Made by a program: the position numbers and the translations under genes
Virus record (IMG/VR): IMGVR_UViG_3300032219_001945
Coordinates: 1-37,171 of that record
DNA from: a virus
Taxonomy: Duplodnaviria > Caudoviricetes
Reading direction: 5' to 3' (one strand)
DNA length: 37,171 bases
The notes under the pieces: model-generated
Database searches by the model: none
What the model was told of the DNA's origin: nothing
The model's input: the letters and a program-made list of their open reading frames with translations, nothing else
Part shown: positions 24,901 to 34,027 of the stretch, piece by piece
Layout: every line of letters starts with the position of its first letter
How positions within the stretch are numbered: the stretch's first letter is position 1

Positions 24901-26597
24901 CAGTTACCTCCGGGGACGCTTCCGTTGATGTTCGTGATGAGAAGTCCGGGGCGTTTTGGATCTACCTTTGGCGCGGTGCCACCTTTGCCTTTGCCGCTTT
25001 CCTTTTGTTTACCGCCGCCCGCCCCTGAATTGACTGCACCCGTCTTTGTAAACGGAGCCGCTTGACCTTGCGGGCTAATCTCAAGTGGAGGCACGTCGCC
25101 AAGCATCCCGCCAAATAGCTGACTTGGGTCTACTGGGTCAAGAAATCCTTGCGCCACGTTCAGTTCATCAATGATGTCCTGGTTCTTTTCAGCGGCGTTG
25201 TACAACTCTTCCAGTCGGGCTTTTTGCGCGTCGGTCGGATCGGACACGTCGTTTAGTTTTTTGATTTCGTCTTGCGCAGTCTTAAGCAGGTATGTCGCCG
25301 AACGCATAGCCTGATTCATGGACAGGGAACCTTTTTCCAGCATGTCCTTTCGCAGTTGGATGTTCGCTTTTCGCATGCGCATGAGGTTATGAACATTCTG
25401 AACATTCAACGCAAACTGTTTCTGCTTGAGCTTAAAGCTAGGCCCAATAAATCGAGTTGCCTCTACAATCTGTTTTGCCCGCACATTGTCTACGTTGACC
25501 CGAGATTGAAGGGCCTTGATCTCATATGGGATCTTCGTAGCCCGTGCTAGGTTTAGCAGGTCTGACGGTGATGCTTTGCCGTAGGCTAGTGCCTCTTCCT
25601 CGGTTCCACCGTTGCTCAAAACCCACTGGCGGCGACCTTCGGGGGTCATCTTTGCCAGCGCAAAGTAGTCTTTGCCTAACTGCATGTCACGGTCAGCCTC
25701 GGTTTTGTAAGCCATCCTAGCCCATCTGCCGCTTTCCGTAAGCCCAGCAATTTTTTCTCTGCTGATGATGCCAGCCTCGGTAGTAGCCGCTCTACCCGCA
25801 ATAGCCGCCAGCATGTTTTTTTCGCTCTGCATCGTGGTTCGTTGGTTCCGAACGTCTTGCGCGTACTCCTTGTATCCAGTTTGGTTGCTTGCGATAGCCT
25901 GAGCCGCTTCCTTTTCTGCGTTTTGCAGGATTGCCTTTGCCAGTTCAACCTTTGCTTCGTAGTCCTGATTGTTCATCTGATACCGGCGCATGGCATCCTT
26001 GACCTTGTACTCATAATCGATCTGAGCGTTTTGAGTTGGCAAGTCCATAATCTGCCCTGCGTTTCTAGGATCAAACAAGGCACCAAGCGAAGCAATAAAT
26101 TGTTGAGTTTGGTCTACTCTTGGGCGGCCAAGATCAGGCATTTCGGGTCGATTCGCACTTGCTTGCTGATATGCCGCCAAAGCACCAGACGTATTTGGAA
26201 CTTGGCTTCCGAACAACGCTTGCCACTCCTGCGGGCTTTGGAGCAAAATCTCTTCCGCAGTAGGAGCAACTTGCCCAGCTTGGTCTGGCAAAAGATTGCC
26301 GGTAGCGTTGCGGCTTGCAATATCTTGCACGGGATCAACGGCCTGTTCAAACTGGTTCCAAGGTTCCATCACCCCTAGTTGCTCTTGGATCTGATCCTGA
26401 ACGCTCTTTCCCTGCCGTGCCCCCGCTAGAAGCCCGTCTGCAGTCATTGTCTGCTTAGACTTGAGCGCAATGGCATCTAGTACCGCCTGTTGATGCTCTG
26501 GCAAAAGCATCTCGGGAGGCGCGGTTAGACGCGGCTGGGCCTGAGCCGTAGCCCCTGCGTAATCCAGTCCAACCGGCGGTAGGGTGAAGTTATCCAT
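24900..26597 (-). CDS. Putative ejection (internal virion) protein (565 aa)
   Basis: Ala/Gln-rich, helical and Cys-free; position typical of podophage ejection genes. Confidence 0.6.
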   Translation of the reverse strand: MDNFTLPPVGLDYAGATAQAQPRLTAPPEMLLPEHQQAVLDAIALKSKQTMTADGLLAGARQGKSVQDQIQEQLGVMEPWNQFEQAVDPVQDIASRNATGNLLPDQAGQVAPTAEEILLQSPQEWQALFGSQVPNTSGALAAYQQASANRPEMPDLGRPRVDQTQQFIASLGALFDPRNAGQIMDLPTQNAQIDYEYKVKDAMRRYQMNNQDYEAKVELAKAILQNAEKEAAQAIASNQTGYKEYAQDVRNQRTTMQSEKNMLAAIAGRAATTEAGIISREKIAGLTESGRWARMAYKTEADRDMQLGKDYFALAKMTPEGRRQWVLSNGGTEEEALAYGKASPSDLLNLARATKIPYEIKALQSRVNVDNVRAKQIVEATRFIGPSFKLKQKQFALNVQNVHNLMRMRKANIQLRKDMLEKGSLSMNQAMRSATYLLKTAQDEIKKLNDVSDPTDAQKARLEELYNAAEKNQDIIDELNVAQGFLDPVDPSQLFGGMLGDVPPLEISPQGQAAPFTKTGAVNSGAGGGKQKESGKGKGGTAPKVDPKRPGLLITNINGSVPGGN

Positions 26598-27313
26598 TAT
26601 CCAGCGAGCGACAGGTTATTTGACCGCTTGTTTGCGGACTTCTTGGGCATCGGACGAAGCGTATTTGACCGCACAATTGTCCCCATGCCGTCATCTACTT
26701 GGTTCGGCATGTTTGGATCGTAAACGCCAGGTGGGGCATACGATATAGACGAAGTAGCGGTTGGAGTTGATGTTCTCGTTTTAAGCTGAGGATTTGTCAA
26801 GATGCTCTGAATGTAAGGAGCAAGCGAGTTTGTCTGAGACTGAGCGTTTTGAGCAATGTTCCCATAGAGTCCCGCCGTCGAACTAAGTGCGTTGGGATCG
26901 GTTCCGCGAAGGTCTTCCTGTTGCCGCTGTTGCAAGTTCTGCTTGATCTGGAACTTGTCGTTTGCCGACTGCCGAGCAAATGCCGCCGACGTATCGCGTA
27001 GGCTTTGGATTGGTGCCGAGTCCCCCGGCTTGTAACCCATCGTTGCTGCCGCCGCAGACTGGTTGCCAAGTGCCTGATTCTGCTGGGCCGCTAGGTTGCC
27101 GTCGTACTTGAGAAAACTCTGAGCCTCGTCGTATGCGCCAGCGGCTACCAAACCCTTGTACAGCTTTAACCGCTCTTCGTAGGCTTTGGCCTGCTTTTCC
27201 GCAATGGCTTTTTGTTCATTGCGAGCGGCTTGGGCGTCACGTTCGGATCGTCGGTTGGAATCCTGTTGCTGAATAAGGCCAATCGCGGCGGGGATAATTG
27301 ATGCCAGTCCCAT
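26597..27313 (-). CDS. Putative ejection / DNA pilot protein (238 aa)
   Basis: Hydrophobic N-terminus MGLASIIPAAIGLI followed by a Gln/Ala-rich coiled coil. Confidence 0.6.
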   Translation of the reverse strand: MGLASIIPAAIGLIQQQDSNRRSERDAQAARNEQKAIAEKQAKAYEERLKLYKGLVAAGAYDEAQSFLKYDGNLAAQQNQALGNQSAAAATMGYKPGDSAPIQSLRDTSAAFARQSANDKFQIKQNLQQRQQEDLRGTDPNALSSTAGLYGNIAQNAQSQTNSLAPYIQSILTNPQLKTRTSTPTATSSISYAPPGVYDPNMPNQVDDGMGTIVRSNTLRPMPKKSANKRSNNLSLAG

Positions 27314-27552
27314 TACTCAATCACCATCAAAACGGATTGGCGGGCGAACCCAATGCGAGAATATAGTTTCATGAGCTTTTCCATGTTTTCGTTTCCAAAA
27401 TCTACGGCGATAAACACCGGGCGGGCAAGTTCACGGTATGCCTTTCTTATAAGACGAACCAAGTCGCTGGAATTACCGCTTCCTTCCAACTGATAAACAA
27501 ACGTTCCTTCGTTGTAGGGTGTGTGCTTCAAACTGTAATTGCCGACGCTCAT
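27313..27552 (-). CDS. Small protein resembling a GNAT C-terminal half
   Basis: V..GNENMEKLMKLYSRIGF resembles GNAT motif B; sits between nozzle and ejection genes. Confidence 0.45.
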   Translation of the reverse strand: MSVGNYSLKHTPYNEGTFVYQLEGSGNSSDLVRLIRKAYRELARPVFIAVDFGNENMEKLMKLYSRIGFARQSVLMVIE

Positions 27553-30500
27553 CGGTTCTCTCCAAGTTGCCGGGTCGTGATCTCCATTGCCAAAATGCCG
27601 GGATTGCTTTCGGATACGGAAATGCCCGTCTCAACCCATTCTCCGCGTCCTGTAGATCCAAAGAGTGCCCAACCGTTAGCGGCAACTGTCCGAGCCATCG
27701 CCACGCTAAATTCGTTGGTGCTAATGCTCATCGTCTCTCCGCTAAAATCGCCGTTTCTAATGACTTGTCCCCGGACCACAACTGAGCGGCGGGTGACTGC
27801 CTTCCCTGTAGTGTACTGGCCCGCAGGCATGACGTAGCCGCCGTCTCGATACTCCCCGTCAATGTTACGGTTCCAAGTTGAATCCCATCCCAGTTCGTCC
27901 ACTTGCCCGGTGTACCGAACGCCCCAAAGCTGCCGAAGATCCGAACGGCATTTAAGGAACCGATACCCGACGCCAGCCGATACGCCAAACTCCGCATCGC
28001 CTACAAGAAACGTTACTTGCATTTCCAACGCCTCTACGTAGACTTTGCGGTCGTTTCCAGACGCGCCGCCCGTGTACCGAACAAGGAACCCAAAGTTCCC
28101 GCTCATAATTTCCCGTGCCGTCCAAAGAGATGCGTCTACGGTGTACTCGCGGGGATCGGAATTAGCAAACCCAATTTTTGTTGAAGTCGCAAGGTTGGAC
28201 CCGGTAAGCGTGTTGTCTTTGTAAACCTGAACGGTTGTTTCCGTGATCTCTCGCCCGCCGTCTTCGGTGCCGCCGTAAGCGTAAACCCTAACTTTGATGC
28301 TTGAGATTTGGGCGTCCATCGGGATTGCAATGCCGGGCCGAAGTCCCTTGACCCAAACCGAACCCGTCTGTGTAGAGGCTTCTGCCACATCCCAAATGTC
28401 TTGACCGTCGCCGGGAATACCCGAGTACGGACGCTTGGTAAAACCGGGATTCAGCGACGTGGTTACGTCTAAGAAGTCGCCACACCACGGCGTAACGACC
28501 TCTGTAGGGTCCGTGTACTGCGTTGCCACTACGACCGGCTGAATTGCACCTACCCGCACAAAAGCGTTTGCGCCGCCCGATCCTGCGACTGAGATACGCA
28601 ATCCTAATCGCCCTAAGTTTATGTCTTCGGGACTAAGCCCCATCGCGCCAAAACTGACCGTGTAATCAAACGTGCCAAGACTGGTTGGAATGGTTGTAGG
28701 CACCGCAAGATTTGATCCGTAAGGCGCGCCATCAAGCAGAACCCTGACATCAGAATCCTGCCCAACGCCCGCGCCCGTTTCTAGCCACCAAATGCGGATA
28801 AGAACGCTGGTAAGAGTCGCGCCGGGAGGCAATCCTGTAAGTGGCTTGATTCCAGTAATGTCAAAGTAGTTTGAGTAAGTTCCACTTGGACAAGTGACTT
28901 CCGCATACCCGCCGTCGGTTGGATCGTTGGTAAAACTTCCCGTATTCCAGTTGGCACCAGAACCGCCACGAGCCGACGAAGTAAAACTGCCCGCCGTCGA
29001 TCCGCTTGTGGTCACCGAGCCGTAAGCCAAAGGCCCGTCAGGATGGCTTAGAGCGTAATCGTGGCGCACCCAATGCCGGTTCCCATCGTTCAGCGACGGC
29101 TTTTTGTAGACCATTGCCCGCGAACCAAGCGTAACCCAAATGTCATCGTCGTCTACGGTCTGCGTGACTTGGATTTGGTCAAGGTCAAGCCGCCCAAAAT
29201 CGGCAATCTGCCCGTCTCGTAGCCACGTAGCAAAGTCTCCGCGCACCAAAGCCGAAAGTTCTACCGGGCGGCTTCCAGAGTCACCGGCAAAAGCCATGTC
29301 GTGCCCATAGAACCAAAGACCTTCCCCGTCAACATCTACGTAGGCAAGCCCCATCACGCCGCCAACGGATACGGCCGCAAAAGCGTCAGGACCGGCGCAA
29401 CCTTTGGAATAAGGCAGTTTGCGCGTTGGACTCATGCCGCTAGGGGAATCCCCGATTTGGGAGTAAACCCCCTTTGATCCAAGGATAAAACAGGCCGTGC
29501 CCGCCTGTGTTCCCCCTATCGGCTCGTCGTTAAAACCGTCCGCAAGAGTAAAATCTGCGCCTCTTGCCGCATCCCCCGTTTCGTCGGTAGATTGGGCTAG
29601 TAACGTCGGTGATCCTACCCGAGAATGCCGAACGTTAGTCTTGCCGCCCTTGTATAGCCATACCATCCAAGAACGAAACGGAAACCCGCCTTTTAGTCGC
29701 CCGCCGTCAAGCTGAATTGGTTGGTACGTCGGCAATGCCAATGCTTGGGTTTCCGTTTGATAGACAAGGAACGAACCCGCCGCGTCAGGCGGGGAACCCA
29801 TCAAGTGATAATAGCCGTCGCCTGCCTGATAGTAGATCCGAGCCACGTCTACCGCCGCATCTGCCGACGCCGCAAAATTGATCGTTGCCCCGCGTGAAAT
29901 ATCAGGTTGAGTGGGACTGCCAAACCGCGTAGGCAACTGCCCGTTTCGGTACGAACCTTGAGGGTCAACCGATAGCAGAACCTCCGTCATTGGCCCCTCA
30001 ACGCCGCTAACACTGTTGTAATACGTGACCCCGTACTTTAGACTGCCGCCGTCTCTGATACCCGCTAGTGCCCGCGTATCGGTATAGCCGCGTCCGATTG
30101 ACCACGCAATGACGTTATCGCCAGCACCGCCGCCGGGTGCCGTCGTAATCTGGTACTGAATCTCAATCCCGCGAATGTCAGACCGAGACGAGCTTGTGGA
30201 TTCGTCAAAGAAGAACTGTACTGATCCGTCTGGGCGTTGCTCTTGGTCGCCGCCGCTCAAAATGGCAGGGATTCGGGTGCCGCTCGCGTTAATAACCGTG
30301 ATCTGGATTCCCGGCAGGTCAAACCGCATCGGGCTGTTAAGGTTAAACGTTGTAAACACAACGCCTAGCATGTTTGTCTTAGACCAGTCGCGAGAGGCAG
30401 ACGCCGCGCCCGCCGGGATCGTAATGGTAACCGTTCCCCTGCCCGTTACGTTGGCATTGGTGATGTCGGCGTAGAGGAAGTAGTCAGGACCGCCAGAAAG

Positions 30501-31082
30501 GGCCACGGCAGTAGCCACAACGCCATCAACGGTATGCGCTGCCGGGTTAATAACCACCGTATCAAAATCGGGGGTATCTGCCGCCGCCGAAGAAACGCCG
30601 GTTGGTGCCACATAATCGCCCCGCAAGGAAACAAAGCTAGTCGCCGTGCCAATGACGTTGTAGTAAGGCGAGGCTGAATCTGCCGGGTTGATCCAGTACG
30701 AACGGTCGTAGAAGCTGGCAATCTCGTACCGCGATGCCGACAAAGACAATGCCGTCGCGCCGTTCTTGATTTCGGTCCTCACAAACGTTGACGGGTCAAT
30801 CTGATACGGTCTGGCCGCGCTGTTGCTGTAAAACACACCCAGCCAATACCGCGCCGCTACATACGAATCGTTGTAGCCGATTGCATATTTCCACCCGTAA
30901 ACTTGGGGCGTCGAATTGTCAAACCCGTAGGTCTTGAGGCATAGGTTGCGGTATCCCCAACGCGGGCTAATTGCCCCGTCGTCTAGTCGCACGTTGTAAG
31001 CCTCGGACGCGTAACCAGATCCCGGCACCGCAAGGGTCGTGTTTAACCCGCGAAACCCATCAAAGCGAATGGTTTGGCTCAT
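27549..31082 (-). CDS. Tail nozzle / stabilisation protein (P22 gp10, T7 gp12-like) with inserted beta-sandwich domains
   Basis: N-terminal FDGFRGLNT...AYNVRLDDGAISPRWG; beta-rich; directly after the adaptor. Confidence 0.7.
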   Translation of the reverse strand: MSQTIRFDGFRGLNTTLAVPGSGYASEAYNVRLDDGAISPRWGYRNLCLKTYGFDNSTPQVYGWKYAIGYNDSYVAARYWLGVFYSNSAARPYQIDPSTFVRTEIKNGATALSLSASRYEIASFYDRSYWINPADSASPYYNVIGTATSFVSLRGDYVAPTGVSSAAADTPDFDTVVINPAAHTVDGVVATAVALSGGPDYFLYADITNANVTGRGTVTITIPAGAASASRDWSKTNMLGVVFTTFNLNSPMRFDLPGIQITVINASGTRIPAILSGGDQEQRPDGSVQFFFDESTSSSRSDIRGIEIQYQITTAPGGGAGDNVIAWSIGRGYTDTRALAGIRDGGSLKYGVTYYNSVSGVEGPMTEVLLSVDPQGSYRNGQLPTRFGSPTQPDISRGATINFAASADAAVDVARIYYQAGDGYYHLMGSPPDAAGSFLVYQTETQALALPTYQPIQLDGGRLKGGFPFRSWMVWLYKGGKTNVRHSRVGSPTLLAQSTDETGDAARGADFTLADGFNDEPIGGTQAGTACFILGSKGVYSQIGDSPSGMSPTRKLPYSKGCAGPDAFAAVSVGGVMGLAYVDVDGEGLWFYGHDMAFAGDSGSRPVELSALVRGDFATWLRDGQIADFGRLDLDQIQVTQTVDDDDIWVTLGSRAMVYKKPSLNDGNRHWVRHDYALSHPDGPLAYGSVTTSGSTAGSFTSSARGGSGANWNTGSFTNDPTDGGYAEVTCPSGTYSNYFDITGIKPLTGLPPGATLTSVLIRIWWLETGAGVGQDSDVRVLLDGAPYGSNLAVPTTIPTSLGTFDYTVSFGAMGLSPEDINLGRLGLRISVAGSGGANAFVRVGAIQPVVVATQYTDPTEVVTPWCGDFLDVTTSLNPGFTKRPYSGIPGDGQDIWDVAEASTQTGSVWVKGLRPGIAIPMDAQISSIKVRVYAYGGTEDGGREITETTVQVYKDNTLTGSNLATSTKIGFANSDPREYTVDASLWTAREIMSGNFGFLVRYTGGASGNDRKVYVEALEMQVTFLVGDAEFGVSAGVGYRFLKCRSDLRQLWGVRYTGQVDELGWDSTWNRNIDGEYRDGGYVMPAGQYTTGKAVTRRSVVVRGQVIRNGDFSGETMSISTNEFSVAMARTVAANGWALFGSTGRGEWVETGISVSESNPGILAMEITTRQLGENR

Positions 31083-31765
31083 GAAAGTACAAACGGAGGG
31101 CGTACAGGGCGGACGTTAGTTCTTCGGGCCGCTTGCAGTCTCAAAGCCTCGGCATCAACTGCCTTATTTGCTTCGTTCTGGAACCCTTGGATAACTACCA
31201 TTTGGTTTTGGTCAATCGAGCTATGCCGGGTCATCCTTGCGACCGTTGCGTAGGCTAAATGAGCGTGTAAAGATCGCGGCAGGTCTATTTCCGCGCTCAT
31301 CTCATCTTCGACGAGGCTACGGGGCAAGCAGACGGCAGAAACGACCACCGAAAGAGCCGTCGCCGTCGCATTGGGAGGCGGCCAAAGGTAAAGACTGACA
31401 CCATCCCAACCCGCCGCGTAGGGAATCCCGCTTGGCTGCGTTCGCCACTGCGGAAACCTGACGGAAAACTCTTCGTAAGACGAAACAAAGATCGGGTAGT
31501 ACGTGCCAACCGTGACCGTCTTGGGCGCATGGACAAACCGGGAAAACCGGGGGCCTTCCCCGACGTAAACCGCAACATCTTGGGTCAGCGTTAACGCAAC
31601 TGACGGGTCAATAACAGTGAGGCGTCTCCCCCATTCCGCGAGGATCAGGTTGGCATGGAGGAGGATGGACGAAGTTGACGCATCGGATTCATCGTTGGAA
31701 CGCAGTAGCGACAGGTCGTAAGAGGCTACGTCTCGTACCGTTTGAATGAATTCAGTTACGTTCAT
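31079..31765 (-). CDS. Head-tail adaptor protein
   Basis: MNVTEFIQTVR...G.P...LYLWPPP...LPRSL.....DLP..LH..LAY pattern typical of podophage adaptors. Confidence 0.7.
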   Translation of the reverse strand: MNVTEFIQTVRDVASYDLSLLRSNDESDASTSSILLHANLILAEWGRRLTVIDPSVALTLTQDVAVYVGEGPRFSRFVHAPKTVTVGTYYPIFVSSYEEFSVRFPQWRTQPSGIPYAAGWDGVSLYLWPPPNATATALSVVVSAVCLPRSLVEDEMSAEIDLPRSLHAHLAYATVARMTRHSSIDQNQMVVIQGFQNEANKAVDAEALRLQAARRTNVRPVRPPFVLS

Positions 31766-31989
31766 TAGATGTGAATGTTAACAATAATCCCCTTTTTGCT
31801 AGGAATACGAGCATCAGCAGGGTCGATCAACCCTCGCGTAAGTTCCGAATTGCTAGAAATTACACCTTCAACAAGCACTTCGTTTGGATGAACCCACCAA
31901 ACATCATAGCCCAACTCCTCTTGAAGAGGAACCAGTATTTGCTCTACTTCTTCGCTTGTGTCAGCTTGAACTAAATAATATTCGTGCAT
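31765..31989 (-). CDS. Hypothetical protein (74 aa)
   Basis: AT-richer ORF between the capsid and adaptor genes; stop abuts the adaptor ATG. Confidence 0.55.
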   Translation of the reverse strand: MHEYYLVQADTSEEVEQILVPLQEELGYDVWWVHPNEVLVEGVISSNSELTRGLIDPADARIPSKKGIIVNIHI

Positions 31990-32001
31990 GAAATCTTAGA
32001 C

Positions 32002-32022
32002 GCCCCGGAATTTCGCCGGGGC
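32002..32022 (-). terminator. GC-rich hairpin after the capsid gene (leaky terminator or mRNA stabiliser)
   Basis: gccccgg/ccggggc stem with no U-tract. Confidence 0.45.
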
Positions 32023-32036
32023 AGTATTGTGGGCGG

Positions 32037-33029
32037 TTAAGCCGTCAATGCGGTGAACTTGCCCTGCGCCGTGAACTTGGAGCAAAGCAACTGAGTGAAG
32101 AAGAAGTGCTTCGCGGTGTACGAAGCCTCCGTAACGGGGTCGGGGCCGTATCCGGTGGACCAATCGCCCGACTTGTCAATCCACATCTTCCACCATCGAG
32201 TATCGAGCATGTAGAGGTGGCTGGAAGCCGTTCGCTTGTCCAGAAGAAGGGGGATTCCCGCGTAGATGCAAGCCGTCGAACCGTAGTTCGCTTTGGCTTC
32301 GCTCCACTCGATCATCTGGGCGTTGTTGAAGTCGTTGGCGACCTTGGCGTACAAGGTTTCGCCGGTGACCATCAGGTTCGGGTTGCCCTTGTCGAGCAAC
32401 TGAATTCGCATGGTTTCGAGAACCGAAGCCTCAAGAACCTGCGCGGTCGAATCAACCACCGAGCGAAACATAGTGTTGTCGGCGTCGGATCGGTCGATAA
32501 GTCCGAACGTGTTGGAAGCGTCGATCTGATACCGAATGCCGCCGAAGTTCGACTGACTCGGAATCGTGTTGGTGTGCAGCTGAGTTGCCAGCGTCTCGGG
32601 GATCGAGTCGCGGATGATCTCTAGTCGCTCTTCCATGAAGGTCTGAGCCATCTTCTTGGAAGGGTTTCGGATCTTGCGAACTTCGGTGTAAGGAATGTCG
32701 TCAACGCACGAACCAAAGGCCGCGTCGAAGAGCATACCGAGAGAGGTCTGGGTGTAGGCACGGGTTCGGGTTGCGATCTGCGCGGCGTTGCTGCCGAGCA
32801 TGTTGACCGGGATTGCCTTACCAGTGACTTTGAGTTCGATCTGGTTACCCGTGATCTCGTTGACGCGCCGCATATCCACCTTGGGGGCAAATACGGGTCG
32901 CTCCGACATGATCGCGCCGAGCAAACCGAGGTTGGTGACGAAGAGGTTAACCGCGTTCTCTTGGAACATGCGCGTAAACGCACCCGCGAGAAGGTTGGTA
33001 TTGACTGTAGTGGAAGCTCCAAATGCCAT
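32037..33029 (-). CDS. Major capsid protein (probably HK97 fold)
   Basis: 330 aa after the scaffold; GGI...NTFGLIDRS...PNLMVT...Y.GIPLLLD...LYMLDT; C-ending codon bias; GGGAG RBS. Confidence 0.85.
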   Translation of the reverse strand: MAFGASTTVNTNLLAGAFTRMFQENAVNLFVTNLGLLGAIMSERPVFAPKVDMRRVNEITGNQIELKVTGKAIPVNMLGSNAAQIATRTRAYTQTSLGMLFDAAFGSCVDDIPYTEVRKIRNPSKKMAQTFMEERLEIIRDSIPETLATQLHTNTIPSQSNFGGIRYQIDASNTFGLIDRSDADNTMFRSVVDSTAQVLEASVLETMRIQLLDKGNPNLMVTGETLYAKVANDFNNAQMIEWSEAKANYGSTACIYAGIPLLLDKRTASSHLYMLDTRWWKMWIDKSGDWSTGYGPDPVTEASYTAKHFFFTQLLCSKFTAQGKFTALTA

Positions 33030-33065
33030 TTTTGTTTATCTCCCAGCGATGATTCGGTGCAAACG

Positions 33066-33974
33066 TTAGACGTACTTGCTAACCAGTGCGGCGGTATCCA
33101 ACGTCCAGTCGGATCGCATCACGGGCTTTTCAATTAGTCCTTTGTTCGCTTCTGGCAACACATTCCCGCCCTTTTTAGGTTTGGTCTGCTTTGCCTTGTG
33201 AGTGAGGCCGTATTCGGCGTTGATTGCGGCAAGAGGGTCTTTAGAAGGCCACGCTTTAACCGCCGCTAACGCTTCCTGCGGCGAAATTGTCAGGCCGAGT
33301 TTTGTAGCGGTCAACTTAACCGCCGCCTCGCCTTTAGAAGCCAGCCATGAGGCATCTAGTGCCTTCTGCCGCTCCTCTTGCTCCCGCGTTCCTAACTTGG
33401 CTTCCAGATCCGCTAGCCGTTTCTTGGTATCGCTAAGTTCGGTTTTAACCGCTTTGACTTCGGGTAGCTCGTAGGTGTCATCAAATTCCTGATAATCGTC
33501 CTGCGATGCAAGCCGGTACTGGGTTCCGTGGAGAGCGTTTACGTCGTCGAGAAGCTTCTCCATCTGCTGAACGTACAGTTCTGGTGAACGTAGGTTCTGC
33601 TCGATACGGATAATCGGGGCAAATGCCTCCGCTGTTTCTCGTTCGACTGTTTTTTGAACGCCGTCAATTTGCTGACGGAACCGCTCTTGTACTGCCGGGT
33701 CTAATGACGGATCGGGCTTAAACCTGTCAGACCACCGCGACGTTTCGCCAGCCTCTTCGGACTCGCTGGAATCCTCCAAAGATAGGTCAATGTCGTCAGG
33801 GGCTTCGGATTCTTCCTCCGTCTCGTCACTCTCAGATTCTTCCTCTTCGCTGTTGTCAGCTTCGGGGATTTCCTCTTCGATTTCGTCAGTCGCCAACTCA
33901 TCGGTGACGTCGGTTTCGATTTGCTCTTCCGGCTCGTTGTCAAGCGCGGTTGCAATCATTTCTGAGATTTCCAT
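33066..33974 (-). CDS. Capsid scaffolding protein
   Basis: Very acidic disordered N-terminus and coiled coil; between portal and capsid genes. Confidence 0.75.
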   Translation of the reverse strand: MEISEMIATALDNEPEEQIETDVTDELATDEIEEEIPEADNSEEEESESDETEEESEAPDDIDLSLEDSSESEEAGETSRWSDRFKPDPSLDPAVQERFRQQIDGVQKTVERETAEAFAPIIRIEQNLRSPELYVQQMEKLLDDVNALHGTQYRLASQDDYQEFDDTYELPEVKAVKTELSDTKKRLADLEAKLGTREQEERQKALDASWLASKGEAAVKLTATKLGLTISPQEALAAVKAWPSKDPLAAINAEYGLTHKAKQTKPKKGGNVLPEANKGLIEKPVMRSDWTLDTAALVSKYV

Positions 33975-33983
33975 GATGTTTTT

Positions 33984-34027
33984 CTAGGCGGGTGCCATCG
34001 AGTTTTTTAGCTAGGCGGGTGCCATCG
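33984..34027. repeat. 17-bp direct repeat duplicating the portal 3' end
   Basis: ctaggcgggtgccatcg at 33984-34000 and 34011-34027. Confidence 0.9.
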
